IMG/VR virus record: IMGVR_UViG_3300049142_000025
Location: 1 to 46,347 of that record
Length of the DNA stretch: 46,347 nucleotides
Strand: one strand, 5' to 3'
Source: a virus
Taxonomy: Duplodnaviria > Caudoviricetes
The translations under genes and the position numbers were made by a program. Positions 24,644 through 34,566 of this stretch are shown here, piece by piece; position 1 is the first letter of the stretch, and each line of letters begins with the position of its first letter. The notes beneath the pieces were generated by a model. That model had not been told where the DNA came from and searched no databases. It saw only the letters and a list, made by a program, of their open reading frames with translations.

Positions 24644-25060
24644 ATGGCGAGCAGTGAAACCAGTTCGAGCAGGAAGCCCCGAAGCGGGGCCCGAGCAGTA
24701 TCCCGGCCCGCGACGACACGTCGCGCCGCAGAACCAGAGGAGCCGAAGGTCACCCCGGCGGAAGCCCAGGAGATCGAGGCCGAGGGCCACTACGTCACCG
24801 CCGAACTGTGCAGCGAGGAGGTGCAGATCGTTCCGCCGTCGGTGTGGCGATCATCGTGGCAGCGGATGCTGAACCAGGGCGACTTCGACGGCTTCGCCGA
24901 GAAGATCTTCCACCCGGACGACTACGAGCTGTACCTGGAGCTCGACCCGACGATCGTCGAGTTCATGGAGTTCACGCAGACCGCCGCGGAGCGGATCGGT
25001 GAGTCCTTGGGAAACTCGCATGGACCCGCGCCGTCGTCGAGGCGCACGCGGAGGCGGTAG
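24644..25060 (+). CDS. tail assembly chaperone (gpG-like)
   Basis: Lies between the major tail and tape measure genes; slippery site near the 3' end. Confidence 0.82.
   Translation: MASSETSSSRKPRSGARAVSRPATTRRAAEPEEPKVTPAEAQEIEAEGHYVTAELCSEEVQIVPPSVWRSSWQRMLNQGDFDGFAEKIFHPDDYELYLELDPTIVEFMEFTQTAAERIGESLGNSHGPAPSSRRTRRR
25009..25015 (+). other. programmed -1 ribosomal frameshift site G-GGA-AAC
   Basis: XXXYYYZ heptamer in frame; the -1 frame is open (GKLAWTRAVVEAHAEAVEADLLRYY...) to 25467. Confidence 0.85.
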
Positions 25061-25467
25061 AGGCCGACCTCCTGCGCTACTACAACGGGGTCGACCTGTT
25101 GGACGTGCACCGCGGGTTGATGTCGTGGCGGCGTCTGAGGGTGCTGATCCAGCATTTGCCGCCGGAGTCGGCGACGTGGACGGCGCTACGGAACTCCATG
25201 TCGGCGGAGGAGCTGGCGGAGCAGGCCGACAAGGGCGAGCCGGAGAAGGGCCGCTGGTCGCAGTCCGAGCAGTTGATTGCGGTGGTCGCCGACCGGGTTG
25301 CGGAGCTCACTTACGCCTACTCGGCGGCCAATTCACCGAAGGGCAAGAAGCCGAAGCGGCCTGACCCGATCCGCCGGCCGGGCGCGAAGCCGGTGAAGCC
25401 GAAGAAGCCGATCACTGAAGCGCAGGCGAATCAACTCTGGTCGTGGCTGACCGCAGAAGCTGCCTGA
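25009..25467 (+). CDS. tail assembly chaperone frameshift extension (gpGT-like)
   Basis: EADLLRYY...LMSWRRLRVLIQHLPPES...PDPIRRPG. Confidence 0.82.
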   Translation, partial: GKLAWTRAVVEAHAEAVEADLLRYYNGVDLLDVHRGLMSWRRLRVLIQHLPPESATWTALRNSMSAEELAEQADKGEPEKGRWSQSEQLIAVVADRVAELTYAYSAANSPKGKKPKRPDPIRRPGAKPVKPKKPITEAQANQLWSWLTAEAA

Positions 25468-25489
25468 CAGCACTCGGAGGAGGCTCCCG

Positions 25490-28400
25490 GTGCCAGCTAT
25501 CTCCGTCGGGTCCGTCGAAGTTGATGTTCTGCCGAATGCATCTGGCATCGAGGGTCGGCTGCGGGCGGCGCTGGTGCCTCCAGCCACCCAGATCGGTGAC
25601 GAGGTCGGCCGGATCATCGGCCGCCAGATGGCTACTCAGATCGCTTCGGCGGTCCGGGACGGCATCAACAACGGGGGCCGTGCGGCGCGTCCGGCGGCGG
25701 TCCGGCAGGGTGATGAGACGGGCGGCGCGTTCTCCCGCTCGTTGAAGGCGCGGCTGGAGGCGGCGTTCAAGTCGTTGCCGAAGGCGGATGTGCGCCTGTC
25801 GACGACGGGCGTGGATGCGGATTTGGCGCGGCTGCGTGCCCGCATGGAGACGCTGGCTGGCAAGCGGATCGGCATCGACATCGATGCTGGTGTCGCGGTC
25901 GCTGAGATCACCGACATTGAGGCGCGACTGACGCGGCTCGGCGCGCAGCACCCGAACGTTCAGGTGCGCGCTGATACTGCGGCTGCGATTGCCCAGTTGG
26001 CGGCGGTTCGCGCCGAAATCGACGCCGTGGATGGTAAGAACGTTGACGTCGACACGTCGACGGCAGCGGCGAGCTTCAACAAGTTGGTGTTCGCGGCGAT
26101 CGCGTTCGGGCCGGCCATCCTGCCAGTGCTGCCTGTGGTGGCTGCGGGTCTGGGTGCGGTTGCGGCGGCTGGTACAGCCGCAGCGGTGGGTCTCGGTTCG
26201 GTGGCCGCAGTGGCAGTCCCCGCGTTCATGCAGATGGGCAAGGTTCTGCAGGCGCAGAAGTCGGCGCAGGATGCGGCGACGAACGCCACCTACAAGGGCG
26301 CTCAGGCGTCTTCGCAGGGTGCTTCGAAGGCGTTGCAGATGGCGGGCGCTCAGCAGGCGCTGGCTTCGGCGCAGAGGAATGCGTCCCGGCAGATCGCCGA
26401 CGCGGAGAGGGCTGTGGGTGATGCGGTCCGGCAGGCCGCTCAGAACAACCAGCGTGCCGCGGAGCAGGTGAAGTCTGCCCGCCAGTCGCTGGCGGACGCC
26501 TACGCTCAGGCTGCTGAGCGCATGCAGCAGGCCAACGCGGATGTGTCGCGCGCCGAGCGGGACCTGGCGCTGTCACAGAAGTCGGCCCGGCAGGCGCAGC
26601 TGGATCTGACGGCGGCCCGCAAGGAGGCCGCGCAGCAGTTGGAAGACCTCAACAACCGGCTGACGGACAGCACCCTGTCGCAGCGGGACGCGGAGATCGC
26701 GCTGAGGGAAGCGACGATCGAACGCAACCGGGTGCTGGAGTCGGCGACGGCGACGGAGCTCGACAAGCAGAAGGCGCTCCTGCAGTACGACCAGGCCGTC
26801 CAGCGCCTGAAGGAGCAGACCACCGAGACGAAGCGCCTGAAGGGCGAGACGGCTGCCGCGAACAAGGCAGGCGTTGAGGGATCGGACACGGTCCGGTCGG
26901 CGCAGGAGCGGCTTGCTTCCGCTCAGCAGGACGTCACGGACAAGACGACGGCCTTGAAGGCGGCCCAGCAGACGGTCACGAAGACGCAGATCGCCAACAG
27001 CCGGGCCATCGCGGACGCCCAGTCGAAGCTCGCCGAGGCGCAGAAGAATGTGGCGGAGACGCAGCGGCAGGGCGCAGAGACTATCGCCCGAGCCCAGGAG
27101 CGGGTCACGCAGGCTCAGCAGGCGGGCGCGGATTCGATTGCGTCGGCGCAGCGACAGATTGCCTCGGCGTCGCAGTCGGCGGCCGGGGGTGTCGATCAGG
27201 CTGCGATTGCGCAGGCCAAGTATCGGGCTGAGCTGGCGAAGCTGACTCCGGCGGCCAGGGCCACGCTGCGGGCGTTTCTGGATCTGCGGACGGGTTTCAG
27301 CGCCTGGTCGAAGGCGCTGCAGCCTGCCGTCATGCCCATTTTCACCCGGGCACTGAATGGTTTGAAGAACAGCCTGCCGGGCCTCACCCCGTTCGCACTG
27401 GCGGCGGCCAAGGCGATCGGAGGCCTGCAGGACCGTGTCTCGCGGGGCTTCAAGTCGCCGTGGTGGCAGCAGTTCAAGACTGAGCTGGCAGGCTCGGTCG
27501 GCCCTGCGATCACCGGGCTGGGCATCAGCTTCGGGCGGACCTTCAAGGGCATGGTGGGCGTCATCGACGCTTTCCTGCCGCACATGGATTCGATCTCGAC
27601 GCGAATGCAGCGGATCACCGGGCGGTTCTCGACGTGGGCCACCGGCCTGAAGGGGAGCCCGGCCTTCGAGAAGTTCTTGGACTACTCGGCCACTCAGGGT
27701 CCGGTCGTTGCGGACGCACTGGGGAAGATCTTCGGCGCGTTCTTCGACGTCGGTAAGGCGCTGGGGCCGATCGGCAGCATCCTGCTGAAGGTGCTGGGCG
27801 GCCTGGCTGAGGCGATCGGCATCATCGCCGAGCATGCGCCGTGGCTGGTGCAGGGAATCTATGCCGCCTATGTGGCGACGAAGCTGTGGACGATCGCCGT
27901 GTGGGCGTTCAACGCGGCGATGGCGGCGAACCCGATCACGCTGATCATCATCGGGATCGTCGCTCTGGTCGCTGCGGTCATCTACGCCTACAACAAGTTC
28001 GGATGGTTCCGCGCGGCCGTGCAGGCTGCTTGGGCCGGTATCCAGACGGCGGCCTTGTGGGCGTGGAACAACGTGCTGAAGCCGGTGTTCGCGTTCATCT
28101 GGCAGGGGCTGCAGCAGCTCGGCCGGGCGGCGATGTGGCTGTGGACGAACGCCATCAAGCCTGCCTGGGATGCGATCTCGCTGGCGGCCCGGATCCTGTT
28201 CACGGCGATCGTCGTCGCGGTGATCCTGCCGATCATCGTCGCGTTCAAGGTGTTCGGGGCGATCGCGGGCTGGCTGTGGAAGGTCGCGATCAAGCCCGCG
28301 TTTGAGGCGATCGCGGCGCTCGCCGTGTGGCTGTACAAGAACGTCTTGAAGCCGCAGTTCGACGCCATGGCTGTCGCCTTCCGGGTGGTGGCGCGGGTCG

Positions 28401-29959
28401 CGACGTGGCTGTGGAAGAACGCCCTCGCGCCCGCCTTCCGGGCAATCGGCGAGCAGGCCAAGTGGCTGTACACGAACGCAATCAGGCCCGCCTTCGGGTG
28501 GATTGCCGACCGAGCGACCTGGCTGTGGTCGAAGGGCGTGAAGCCGCAGTTCGACCTGCTCAAGGCCGGGGTGAAGGCGGTTGGTGCCGCGTTCAAGACG
28601 GCGAAGGACTACATCGGCGAGCAGTGGGCGAAAGTCTCCGGGCTGGCCCGCAAGCCCGTGCAATACGTCGTGGATGTGGTGTACAACTCGGGCATACGCG
28701 GCGTCTGGAACGACGTGGCGAAGGCCTTCGGGGCGCCGCAACTGCCGAAGTTCAAGTTCGCTTCGGGCGGCATCATGCCCGGCTACACGCCGGGACGGGA
28801 CGTCCACAAGTTCGTGTCCCCGACCGGCGGCCAACTGGAGCTCAGCGGTGGGGAGTCCATCTTCCGCCCGGAGTTCACCCGAGCCGTGGGCTCCGGCTTC
28901 GTCGGCTCGATGAATGCGCTCGCCAAGTCCCGCGGAGCCGACGGCGTGAAGGCTGCGCTGGCGCCGCTCCTGGGTGGCAACCCGCGTACCTCGACCGACA
29001 CTTCCCTGCGCTACGCCAACGGCGGCCTCGTGCAGTCGTTCGCGGACGGCGGCATCTTCGGCTGGATCGGCAAGGCCGCCTCCGCGACCCTCGGCGCCGG
29101 TACCGCTGCCTGGAACACCATCAAGAAGGGCGCCGGTTGGCTTGCCGACACCCTGGAAGGCTCGGCGCGCGCTGGGGTCAAGTCGGTCGTCAACCCGCTG
29201 CTCAGCTCGTTCCCCGGCATGGACACCGGCTTCGGCAAACTGATCCGCCGCATCCCGGACCGGATCATCGACGCCCTGTTCGGCTACAGCAAGACAGCCG
29301 ACAAGAAGGGCGCCGGAAGCGTAGGCGGACCAAGGATCGCCGCCGCACTGAAGTGGGCGAAAACCCAGAACGGCAAGCCCTACCAGTGGGCCGGAAACGG
29401 CAACCCCAGCTGGGACTGTAGCGGGTTCATGTCGGCGATCGAGTCCGTCATCCGAGGCCAGAAGCCGCACCGCCGTTGGGCGACCATGGCGTTCTCCGGG
29501 AAGACGGCACCTCCCGGCTGGGTGTACCACGGCAACAGCCCGTTCCGCGTCGGCATCACCAACGCCGGGGTCGGGCACACGGCGGGGACGCTGGGCAAGA
29601 CGAACGTGGAGTCTCGCGGCGGTGACGGCGTCGTCGTCGGCTCCCGGGCCCGCGGCTACAAGGACAGCCTGTTCAACTCCTGGTATGGCTTCCAGCCCGG
29701 CAAGTACGACTCCGGCGGCTACCTGCAGCCCGGCATGAACCTCGCGTTCAACGGCACCGGCCGCCCGGAGCCCGTCTTCACGACGGCGCAGGCCAACGCC
29801 CTCACGTCGCTCGCGGCGCGGGGAACATCCGGGCCGTCGAACTTCGAAGGATCCCTCTACCTGGACTCCGGCGAGTTCCTGGGCCGGGTCCGCGGCGAGG
29901 CCACGGCAGTCATGCACGAAGGCCATAGGCAGCTCATCGGCGTTCTCAACGCGGGCTGA
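25490..29959 (+). CDS. tape measure protein with C-terminal NlpC/P60-like domain
   Basis: 1489 aa; Ala-rich helical and Trp-periodic repeats; GKPYQWAG...WDCSGFMS...GHTAG. Confidence 0.92.
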   Translation: MPAISVGSVEVDVLPNASGIEGRLRAALVPPATQIGDEVGRIIGRQMATQIASAVRDGINNGGRAARPAAVRQGDETGGAFSRSLKARLEAAFKSLPKADVRLSTTGVDADLARLRARMETLAGKRIGIDIDAGVAVAEITDIEARLTRLGAQHPNVQVRADTAAAIAQLAAVRAEIDAVDGKNVDVDTSTAAASFNKLVFAAIAFGPAILPVLPVVAAGLGAVAAAGTAAAVGLGSVAAVAVPAFMQMGKVLQAQKSAQDAATNATYKGAQASSQGASKALQMAGAQQALASAQRNASRQIADAERAVGDAVRQAAQNNQRAAEQVKSARQSLADAYAQAAERMQQANADVSRAERDLALSQKSARQAQLDLTAARKEAAQQLEDLNNRLTDSTLSQRDAEIALREATIERNRVLESATATELDKQKALLQYDQAVQRLKEQTTETKRLKGETAAANKAGVEGSDTVRSAQERLASAQQDVTDKTTALKAAQQTVTKTQIANSRAIADAQSKLAEAQKNVAETQRQGAETIARAQERVTQAQQAGADSIASAQRQIASASQSAAGGVDQAAIAQAKYRAELAKLTPAARATLRAFLDLRTGFSAWSKALQPAVMPIFTRALNGLKNSLPGLTPFALAAAKAIGGLQDRVSRGFKSPWWQQFKTELAGSVGPAITGLGISFGRTFKGMVGVIDAFLPHMDSISTRMQRITGRFSTWATGLKGSPAFEKFLDYSATQGPVVADALGKIFGAFFDVGKALGPIGSILLKVLGGLAEAIGIIAEHAPWLVQGIYAAYVATKLWTIAVWAFNAAMAANPITLIIIGIVALVAAVIYAYNKFGWFRAAVQAAWAGIQTAALWAWNNVLKPVFAFIWQGLQQLGRAAMWLWTNAIKPAWDAISLAARILFTAIVVAVILPIIVAFKVFGAIAGWLWKVAIKPAFEAIAALAVWLYKNVLKPQFDAMAVAFRVVARVATWLWKNALAPAFRAIGEQAKWLYTNAIRPAFGWIADRATWLWSKGVKPQFDLLKAGVKAVGAAFKTAKDYIGEQWAKVSGLARKPVQYVVDVVYNSGIRGVWNDVAKAFGAPQLPKFKFASGGIMPGYTPGRDVHKFVSPTGGQLELSGGESIFRPEFTRAVGSGFVGSMNALAKSRGADGVKAALAPLLGGNPRTSTDTSLRYANGGLVQSFADGGIFGWIGKAASATLGAGTAAWNTIKKGAGWLADTLEGSARAGVKSVVNPLLSSFPGMDTGFGKLIRRIPDRIIDALFGYSKTADKKGAGSVGGPRIAAALKWAKTQNGKPYQWAGNGNPSWDCSGFMSAIESVIRGQKPHRRWATMAFSGKTAPPGWVYHGNSPFRVGITNAGVGHTAGTLGKTNVESRGGDGVVVGSRARGYKDSLFNSWYGFQPGKYDSGGYLQPGMNLAFNGTGRPEPVFTTAQANALTSLAARGTSGPSNFEGSLYLDSGEFLGRVRGEATAVMHEGHRQLIGVLNAG

Positions 29960-29974
29960 GAGGAGGTTCCCCCT

Positions 29975-32203
29975 GTGGCAATCCCCGGGAATCTCCTCTC
30001 GGCCACAACGGAGACCATCGACCCGAACACCTCCGGGTGGACGGCCAAGCTCAACTGCACCATCAACATGGGTGTGGGCGGGCGCACGGGCGGTGGCGGC
30101 TGCCTGTCGGTGCGGTCGGTGGCCGCGGGCGAGATGCAGGCCCGCACCGTCTCCTCCTACCCGGTCACCGCAGGCACCGTGTACTACACGTTCGCGGACA
30201 CGGCCGGGGTGGTCGCTGAGCGCATCGGGATCCGCTGGCTCAACAGCAGCGGCACCGAGGTCAGCATCACCTGGTCGCTGCCGACGATGGCAGCGTCGTC
30301 TGGCTGGCATCGGGTGGCGGTGGCCGGTGCGGCACCTGCCGGCGCCACGCAGGCGCAAGTACTCCTGTCGTCGACGGAAGTTGGGGCGAACGTCTCCCAC
30401 TTCTGGGAGAACATCTACCTTGGCCTGCCCATCCGGGTCCTCGGCAACTTGCTGCCGTTCAACACGGAGTCGACTGAAGTCGACGCCACAGGCTGGGGCA
30501 CGATCGTCAACGCGACGATCTCCCGGCAAGTGCCCGTCATCAACTGGGCGGTCGACTGGTACCTGGCCGGCGGGCACGCCCTGGCGATGACCGCGATCGC
30601 GGCCGGCAACGCGAGCGTGCTGGCGGTGGACCGGCCTGCGGTGACCCCGGGGCAGGAGTACCTGGCCTACGCCTACCTGCAGCCGCCGGTGCTGACGGCG
30701 CAGGCATGGATCGAGCTGCGGTTCTACGATGCGGTCGGCAACCAGGTTGCGGCGCAGCGAAGCACCCTGGCACCCCCAGGGACCGGCATGTACCGCCAGC
30801 GGGCCTCGATGGTCGCCCCGCCGAATGCGGCCTCCTGCTCCGTGGCGGCGGGCCTGGACTCCGCCTCCGCCGGACAGGTGCTGCGCCTGGAAACGGTGGC
30901 GGTGGTGGCGGCACCCCAGTTGCAGGCCGGCAGCCTGCTGCCGTATGCGGACTCGTCGTTCGAGCAGGGCATCGGTTCGTGGACGACGGCCGCAGGTGTG
31001 GCGACACTGGCCCGCACCACACCCTGGGGCCTGTCCGCGTTCGACGGCGCCTACGCGCTCGCCGTCACCTCGGCGACCGCGACAGCCTCCACACTTCGTT
31101 CGGGAAAGGTCGCCGGCATCACCGCGGGCCTGAACTTCCGGGCGCAGCCAATCGTGCACTCGGCGGCCGGCGCCTGGTCGTCGGTCCTGGTACGCGTCCG
31201 CTGGTATGACGCCGCCAACGTCGATCTGGGGGCGTCGACGGGAACCTCCTACTCGCTGCCGGCGTCGGGCTGGTACGCGCTGCCTGCGGACGCGGTCGCT
31301 CCCGCGGGGGCGACGCAGGCAGCGCTGGAGCTGGTGGTGACCGCGTCCGCGGTGAGCAGCACCATGCACGTGGATGCGGTGACGCTGTGGGAGGTGCTGC
31401 CGCTCACTGCGGTGGAGGAGCACTCCAGCGACGGCTACATCACGCTGACGCTGCGGGAACTCGATGTCGACTACGAGATCACCGTGTACCGGGAGCTGCA
31501 GGATGGTTCCCGCACTCTGGTGCGCGGCCCGTCGGGGCTGATCGAGCGGCAGGCGATCACCTCGGACCTGATGGTGATCGAGGACCATGAGGCGCCGCTG
31601 AACACGCCGGTCCGGTATCGCGTCGAGCTGTACCCGCCAGGCTCGCTCACGGCGACTACCCGGACCAGCGGCTATGCGACCGTCACGCTTTCCAACATCA
31701 ACCTCGCCTGGTTGAAGGACCCCGGAAACCCGCAGCGCAACACGCGGGTGATGGTCGCCGCCGCCCCGGACTGGACCCGCCCGATCGAGCAGGCATCGTT
31801 CGTCGTGCGGGGGCGCCGCAACAAGGTCATCCACTCCGGGATCCGGCAGGGCCTCGAAGGCGACCTGACGGTGCGGACAACATCCGACGGCGACCGGGCA
31901 GCCCTTCACCTGCTGCTCGACTCCGGCAACGTGCTGCTGTGGCAGGCCGTCCCCGGCATGGGCGTCTCCGACATGTACATCAGCGTCGGCCAGCTCGCCG
32001 AGACCCGGGTCGCGGGCCTCGCCCAAGAGCAGGAGCGGGCGTGGACGCTGCCGCTCACCGAAGCCGACATGCCCGTCACCACCGGGGTCAACGGGGCCGC
32101 GGGCCGCACCTGGCAGGACGTCGTCACCGAATTCGACACCTGCGCCGACCTCATCGCCACGTATGCGACCTGCGAGGACCTGCTGCTCGACCGGCGGAGG
32201 TGA
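29975..32203 (+). CDS. distal tail/minor tail protein with three carbohydrate-binding-like repeats
   Basis: Three NLL/SLL...(I/L/V)R(W/F)..AP.GA repeats, followed by a Dit-like C-terminus. Confidence 0.78.
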   Translation: MAIPGNLLSATTETIDPNTSGWTAKLNCTINMGVGGRTGGGGCLSVRSVAAGEMQARTVSSYPVTAGTVYYTFADTAGVVAERIGIRWLNSSGTEVSITWSLPTMAASSGWHRVAVAGAAPAGATQAQVLLSSTEVGANVSHFWENIYLGLPIRVLGNLLPFNTESTEVDATGWGTIVNATISRQVPVINWAVDWYLAGGHALAMTAIAAGNASVLAVDRPAVTPGQEYLAYAYLQPPVLTAQAWIELRFYDAVGNQVAAQRSTLAPPGTGMYRQRASMVAPPNAASCSVAAGLDSASAGQVLRLETVAVVAAPQLQAGSLLPYADSSFEQGIGSWTTAAGVATLARTTPWGLSAFDGAYALAVTSATATASTLRSGKVAGITAGLNFRAQPIVHSAAGAWSSVLVRVRWYDAANVDLGASTGTSYSLPASGWYALPADAVAPAGATQAALELVVTASAVSSTMHVDAVTLWEVLPLTAVEEHSSDGYITLTLRELDVDYEITVYRELQDGSRTLVRGPSGLIERQAITSDLMVIEDHEAPLNTPVRYRVELYPPGSLTATTRTSGYATVTLSNINLAWLKDPGNPQRNTRVMVAAAPDWTRPIEQASFVVRGRRNKVIHSGIRQGLEGDLTVRTTSDGDRAALHLLLDSGNVLLWQAVPGMGVSDMYISVGQLAETRVAGLAQEQERAWTLPLTEADMPVTTGVNGAAGRTWQDVVTEFDTCADLIATYATCEDLLLDRRR

Positions 32204-32206
32204 GCG

Positions 32207-33298
32207 TTGTACCCCGTCTCCGACCGGTTCCTACCGCGCCTCGCCGAGAACCAGACGCCGATCACACAGGTACTGCTGTTCCTCACCGGCGGCCGCGTCA
32301 TCGAGGTGCCGCACACCGGCGGCAGCGTGACGGTAGACCGGTCGCAGGCCATCCGCCGCACCTGCAGCGTCACGATCGCCGACGTATCGCTTATCCCGCG
32401 GACGCCCGCCGACCAGCTGGCCACGTATGGGTCCCGAATGCGGATCAGCCGCGGCGTCGACTACGGCGATGGCAGCCAGGAACTGGTGCCGCTCGGCGTG
32501 TTCCGCCTCGACGAAGCCGACGGGGACGTCTCCGAAGGCCCCGTCACCTTGCAGGGCAAAGACCTGTCCGCGATCGTCACCGACGACAAATTCACCACCC
32601 CCTACCGGGTGACCGGCACCATCGTGTCGGCGATATCAGAGCTCATCCACCGCAGCATCACCGATGCCGCAATCGTGTCCACGATCACCGACGCACCCAT
32701 CGGCTCACGCGTGTTCGACGTCGAGGCGGATCCGTGGGCGGGCTGCCAGGAGATCGCGGCGGCGGCCGGCGCCGAGGTGTTCTGCGACGCCGACGGCGTT
32801 TTCCGCATCGCCACCCTGCCCGACCTGCTCACCACCACCCCGGTGTGGGCGATCGAGGCCAAGGAGGGCGGCACCTACCTCAAGGCGTCCGCGGGCATGT
32901 CGTCGGCCGGCGTCAACAACGGGTGGTTGGCCCGCGGGGAAAACACCTCCGACAACGTCGCCCCCGTCTCCTATCTGGCGACCGACAACGATCCGAACAG
33001 CCCCACCTACTGGGGCGGCCCATACGGTCGCCGGCCCGGTTTCTCGTCCTCGTCGACGCTGATCACGACGGGGCAGTGCCAGCAGGCCGCGATCCTCAAG
33101 CTCGCCCAGGCCAAGGCGCCGAACGCGTCCGGTGACATCTCCTCGCTTCCGAACCCGGCACTGGAGCCGGGCGACGTTGTGCGGGTCACGCACGAGGACG
33201 GCTCCCGCGAACTCCACCAAGTGGCCTCATTCTCGGTGCCGCTTGACCTAGGCGGCGAGTTCCCGATCTCGACGATCTCGGCGAAGGAGGACGCATGA
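32207..33298 (+). CDS. baseplate hub/Tal-like minor tail protein (DUF5047-like)
   Basis: GGSVTVDRSQAIRRTC...VPLGVFR...NPALEPGDVV. Confidence 0.78.
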   Translation: MYPVSDRFLPRLAENQTPITQVLLFLTGGRVIEVPHTGGSVTVDRSQAIRRTCSVTIADVSLIPRTPADQLATYGSRMRISRGVDYGDGSQELVPLGVFRLDEADGDVSEGPVTLQGKDLSAIVTDDKFTTPYRVTGTIVSAISELIHRSITDAAIVSTITDAPIGSRVFDVEADPWAGCQEIAAAAGAEVFCDADGVFRIATLPDLLTTTPVWAIEAKEGGTYLKASAGMSSAGVNNGWLARGENTSDNVAPVSYLATDNDPNSPTYWGGPYGRRPGFSSSSTLITTGQCQQAAILKLAQAKAPNASGDISSLPNPALEPGDVVRVTHEDGSRELHQVASFSVPLDLGGEFPISTISAKEDA

Positions 33299-33891
33299 CG
33301 GGTCATGCCGTCAACCGGGACCTGGCCGCGGCTCTGCGCCGGCAATCCCGGCGCACGGGCGAGCAGGCGTCGTCTGTGCGCGGCTCCGACTGGCGGCTCG
33401 CCACGGTCACTGCGGAGAACGGCGACGGCACCGTCGACGCGGACGGCATCCCGTCGATCCGCTGCATGGACACCTACGTGCTGCCAGCCGTCGACGACAT
33501 CATCGTCATCACCCAGTCCAGCAGCGGCAACTGGCTCGCCTGGGGCCGCACCGCCGCCTACGACCAGGGCTGGACGAACCTTACGCTTGCTGCCGGATAC
33601 CAGAACCCCGGCCACGGCTACACCGCCTCCTACCTGCGCGAAGGCCGCCGGATCTGGCTGCGCGGACGTATCGGTCCCACCGCGGGGACGATCGCCGACG
33701 GCGCCACAATCCTCACGTTGCCCGCAGCGATCCAGCCCAGCGAGACATTGGCGTGGGCTGTCACCCGGGATGCGTCGGTGATGCCTGCCGTGTGCCGCTT
33801 GGAGATCGTCACGACCGGCGTGATCCGCACCTATCAGTCGTCGAATCTTCCTGCCTGGGTGTCTCTCGACGGCATCTCGTACACGATCTAG
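33295..33891 (+). CDS. minor tail protein
   Basis: ATGA overlap; C-terminal IWLRG...TLPAAIQP...WVSLDGISY fibre-tip-like domain. Confidence 0.72.
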   Translation: MTGHAVNRDLAAALRRQSRRTGEQASSVRGSDWRLATVTAENGDGTVDADGIPSIRCMDTYVLPAVDDIIVITQSSSGNWLAWGRTAAYDQGWTNLTLAAGYQNPGHGYTASYLREGRRIWLRGRIGPTAGTIADGATILTLPAAIQPSETLAWAVTRDASVMPAVCRLEIVTTGVIRTYQSSNLPAWVSLDGISYTI

Positions 33892-33903
33892 AAGGGATGC
33901 CTG

Positions 33904-34500
33904 GTGACTGCACCCGACAGCTACGGCCAGAACATCACCCTGTGGCAGATGAGCGACGCCCCATCGATCCCTGACGCGATTGCCGCCCTGGCTGACGGAG
34001 TGATTCCGCGCGGCGTGATGCGGTTCTCGTCTGCGTCGGCCCGTGGTGCGGCCCTCGTCGGGGATGCCGCACCTGTCGAGGGCATGGCCTCCTACCTGCT
34101 CGATGTGAACCGGCTGGAGTTGTACGACGGTTCGGCGTGGGCGCCGCCGCCGCAGACCCTGACCAGCACCACCAGCGGACTGTCCGCCGCGTCCGGGTTT
34201 TCCGTCAACGATTTCGCCGGATACCGTGAGGGCCGCGTCACCGCCGTCGACATGTACCTCACCCGCACCGGCGCCACCATCAGCGAGGCGAATGGGAACA
34301 TCGCCGACACCGCCTGTTGCACCCTCCCGTCCGGGTGGCGGCCCACACACCAGACCATCAACGGCACCTGGGATTCCGGTGTCGCCGGGGGCGGTTTCGT
34401 TGTCGGCACCGACGGCATCTGCACCCTGCGCTCGGCCACCGGCGACATCAACAACGGAAGCGTCCTGCGTCTGCACCTCGTTTTCATCAAAACCACCTGA
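33904..34500 (+). CDS. minor tail protein
   Basis: VMRFSSASAR...PVEGM...LELYDGSAW; TLPSGWRP. Confidence 0.72.
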   Translation: MTAPDSYGQNITLWQMSDAPSIPDAIAALADGVIPRGVMRFSSASARGAALVGDAAPVEGMASYLLDVNRLELYDGSAWAPPPQTLTSTTSGLSAASGFSVNDFAGYREGRVTAVDMYLTRTGATISEANGNIADTACCTLPSGWRPTHQTINGTWDSGVAGGGFVVGTDGICTLRSATGDINNGSVLRLHLVFIKTT

Positions 34501-34521
34501 GCAGCAGCGCTTCCTGACAAC

Positions 34522-34545
34522 GAGCCCCGGTGAGGGGCCTTTTTC
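34522..34545 (+). terminator. intrinsic terminator-like hairpin
   Basis: GCCCC-GGTGA-GGGGC followed by CTTTTT. Confidence 0.5.
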
Positions 34546-34566
34546 ATGCCCGGAAAGGGGCCCGCC

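Noticed and set aside
26573-32026. 1817-aa minus-strand ORF
   Set aside because: Antisense shadow of the tape measure and tail genes, expected in high-GC DNA; no recognisable motifs.
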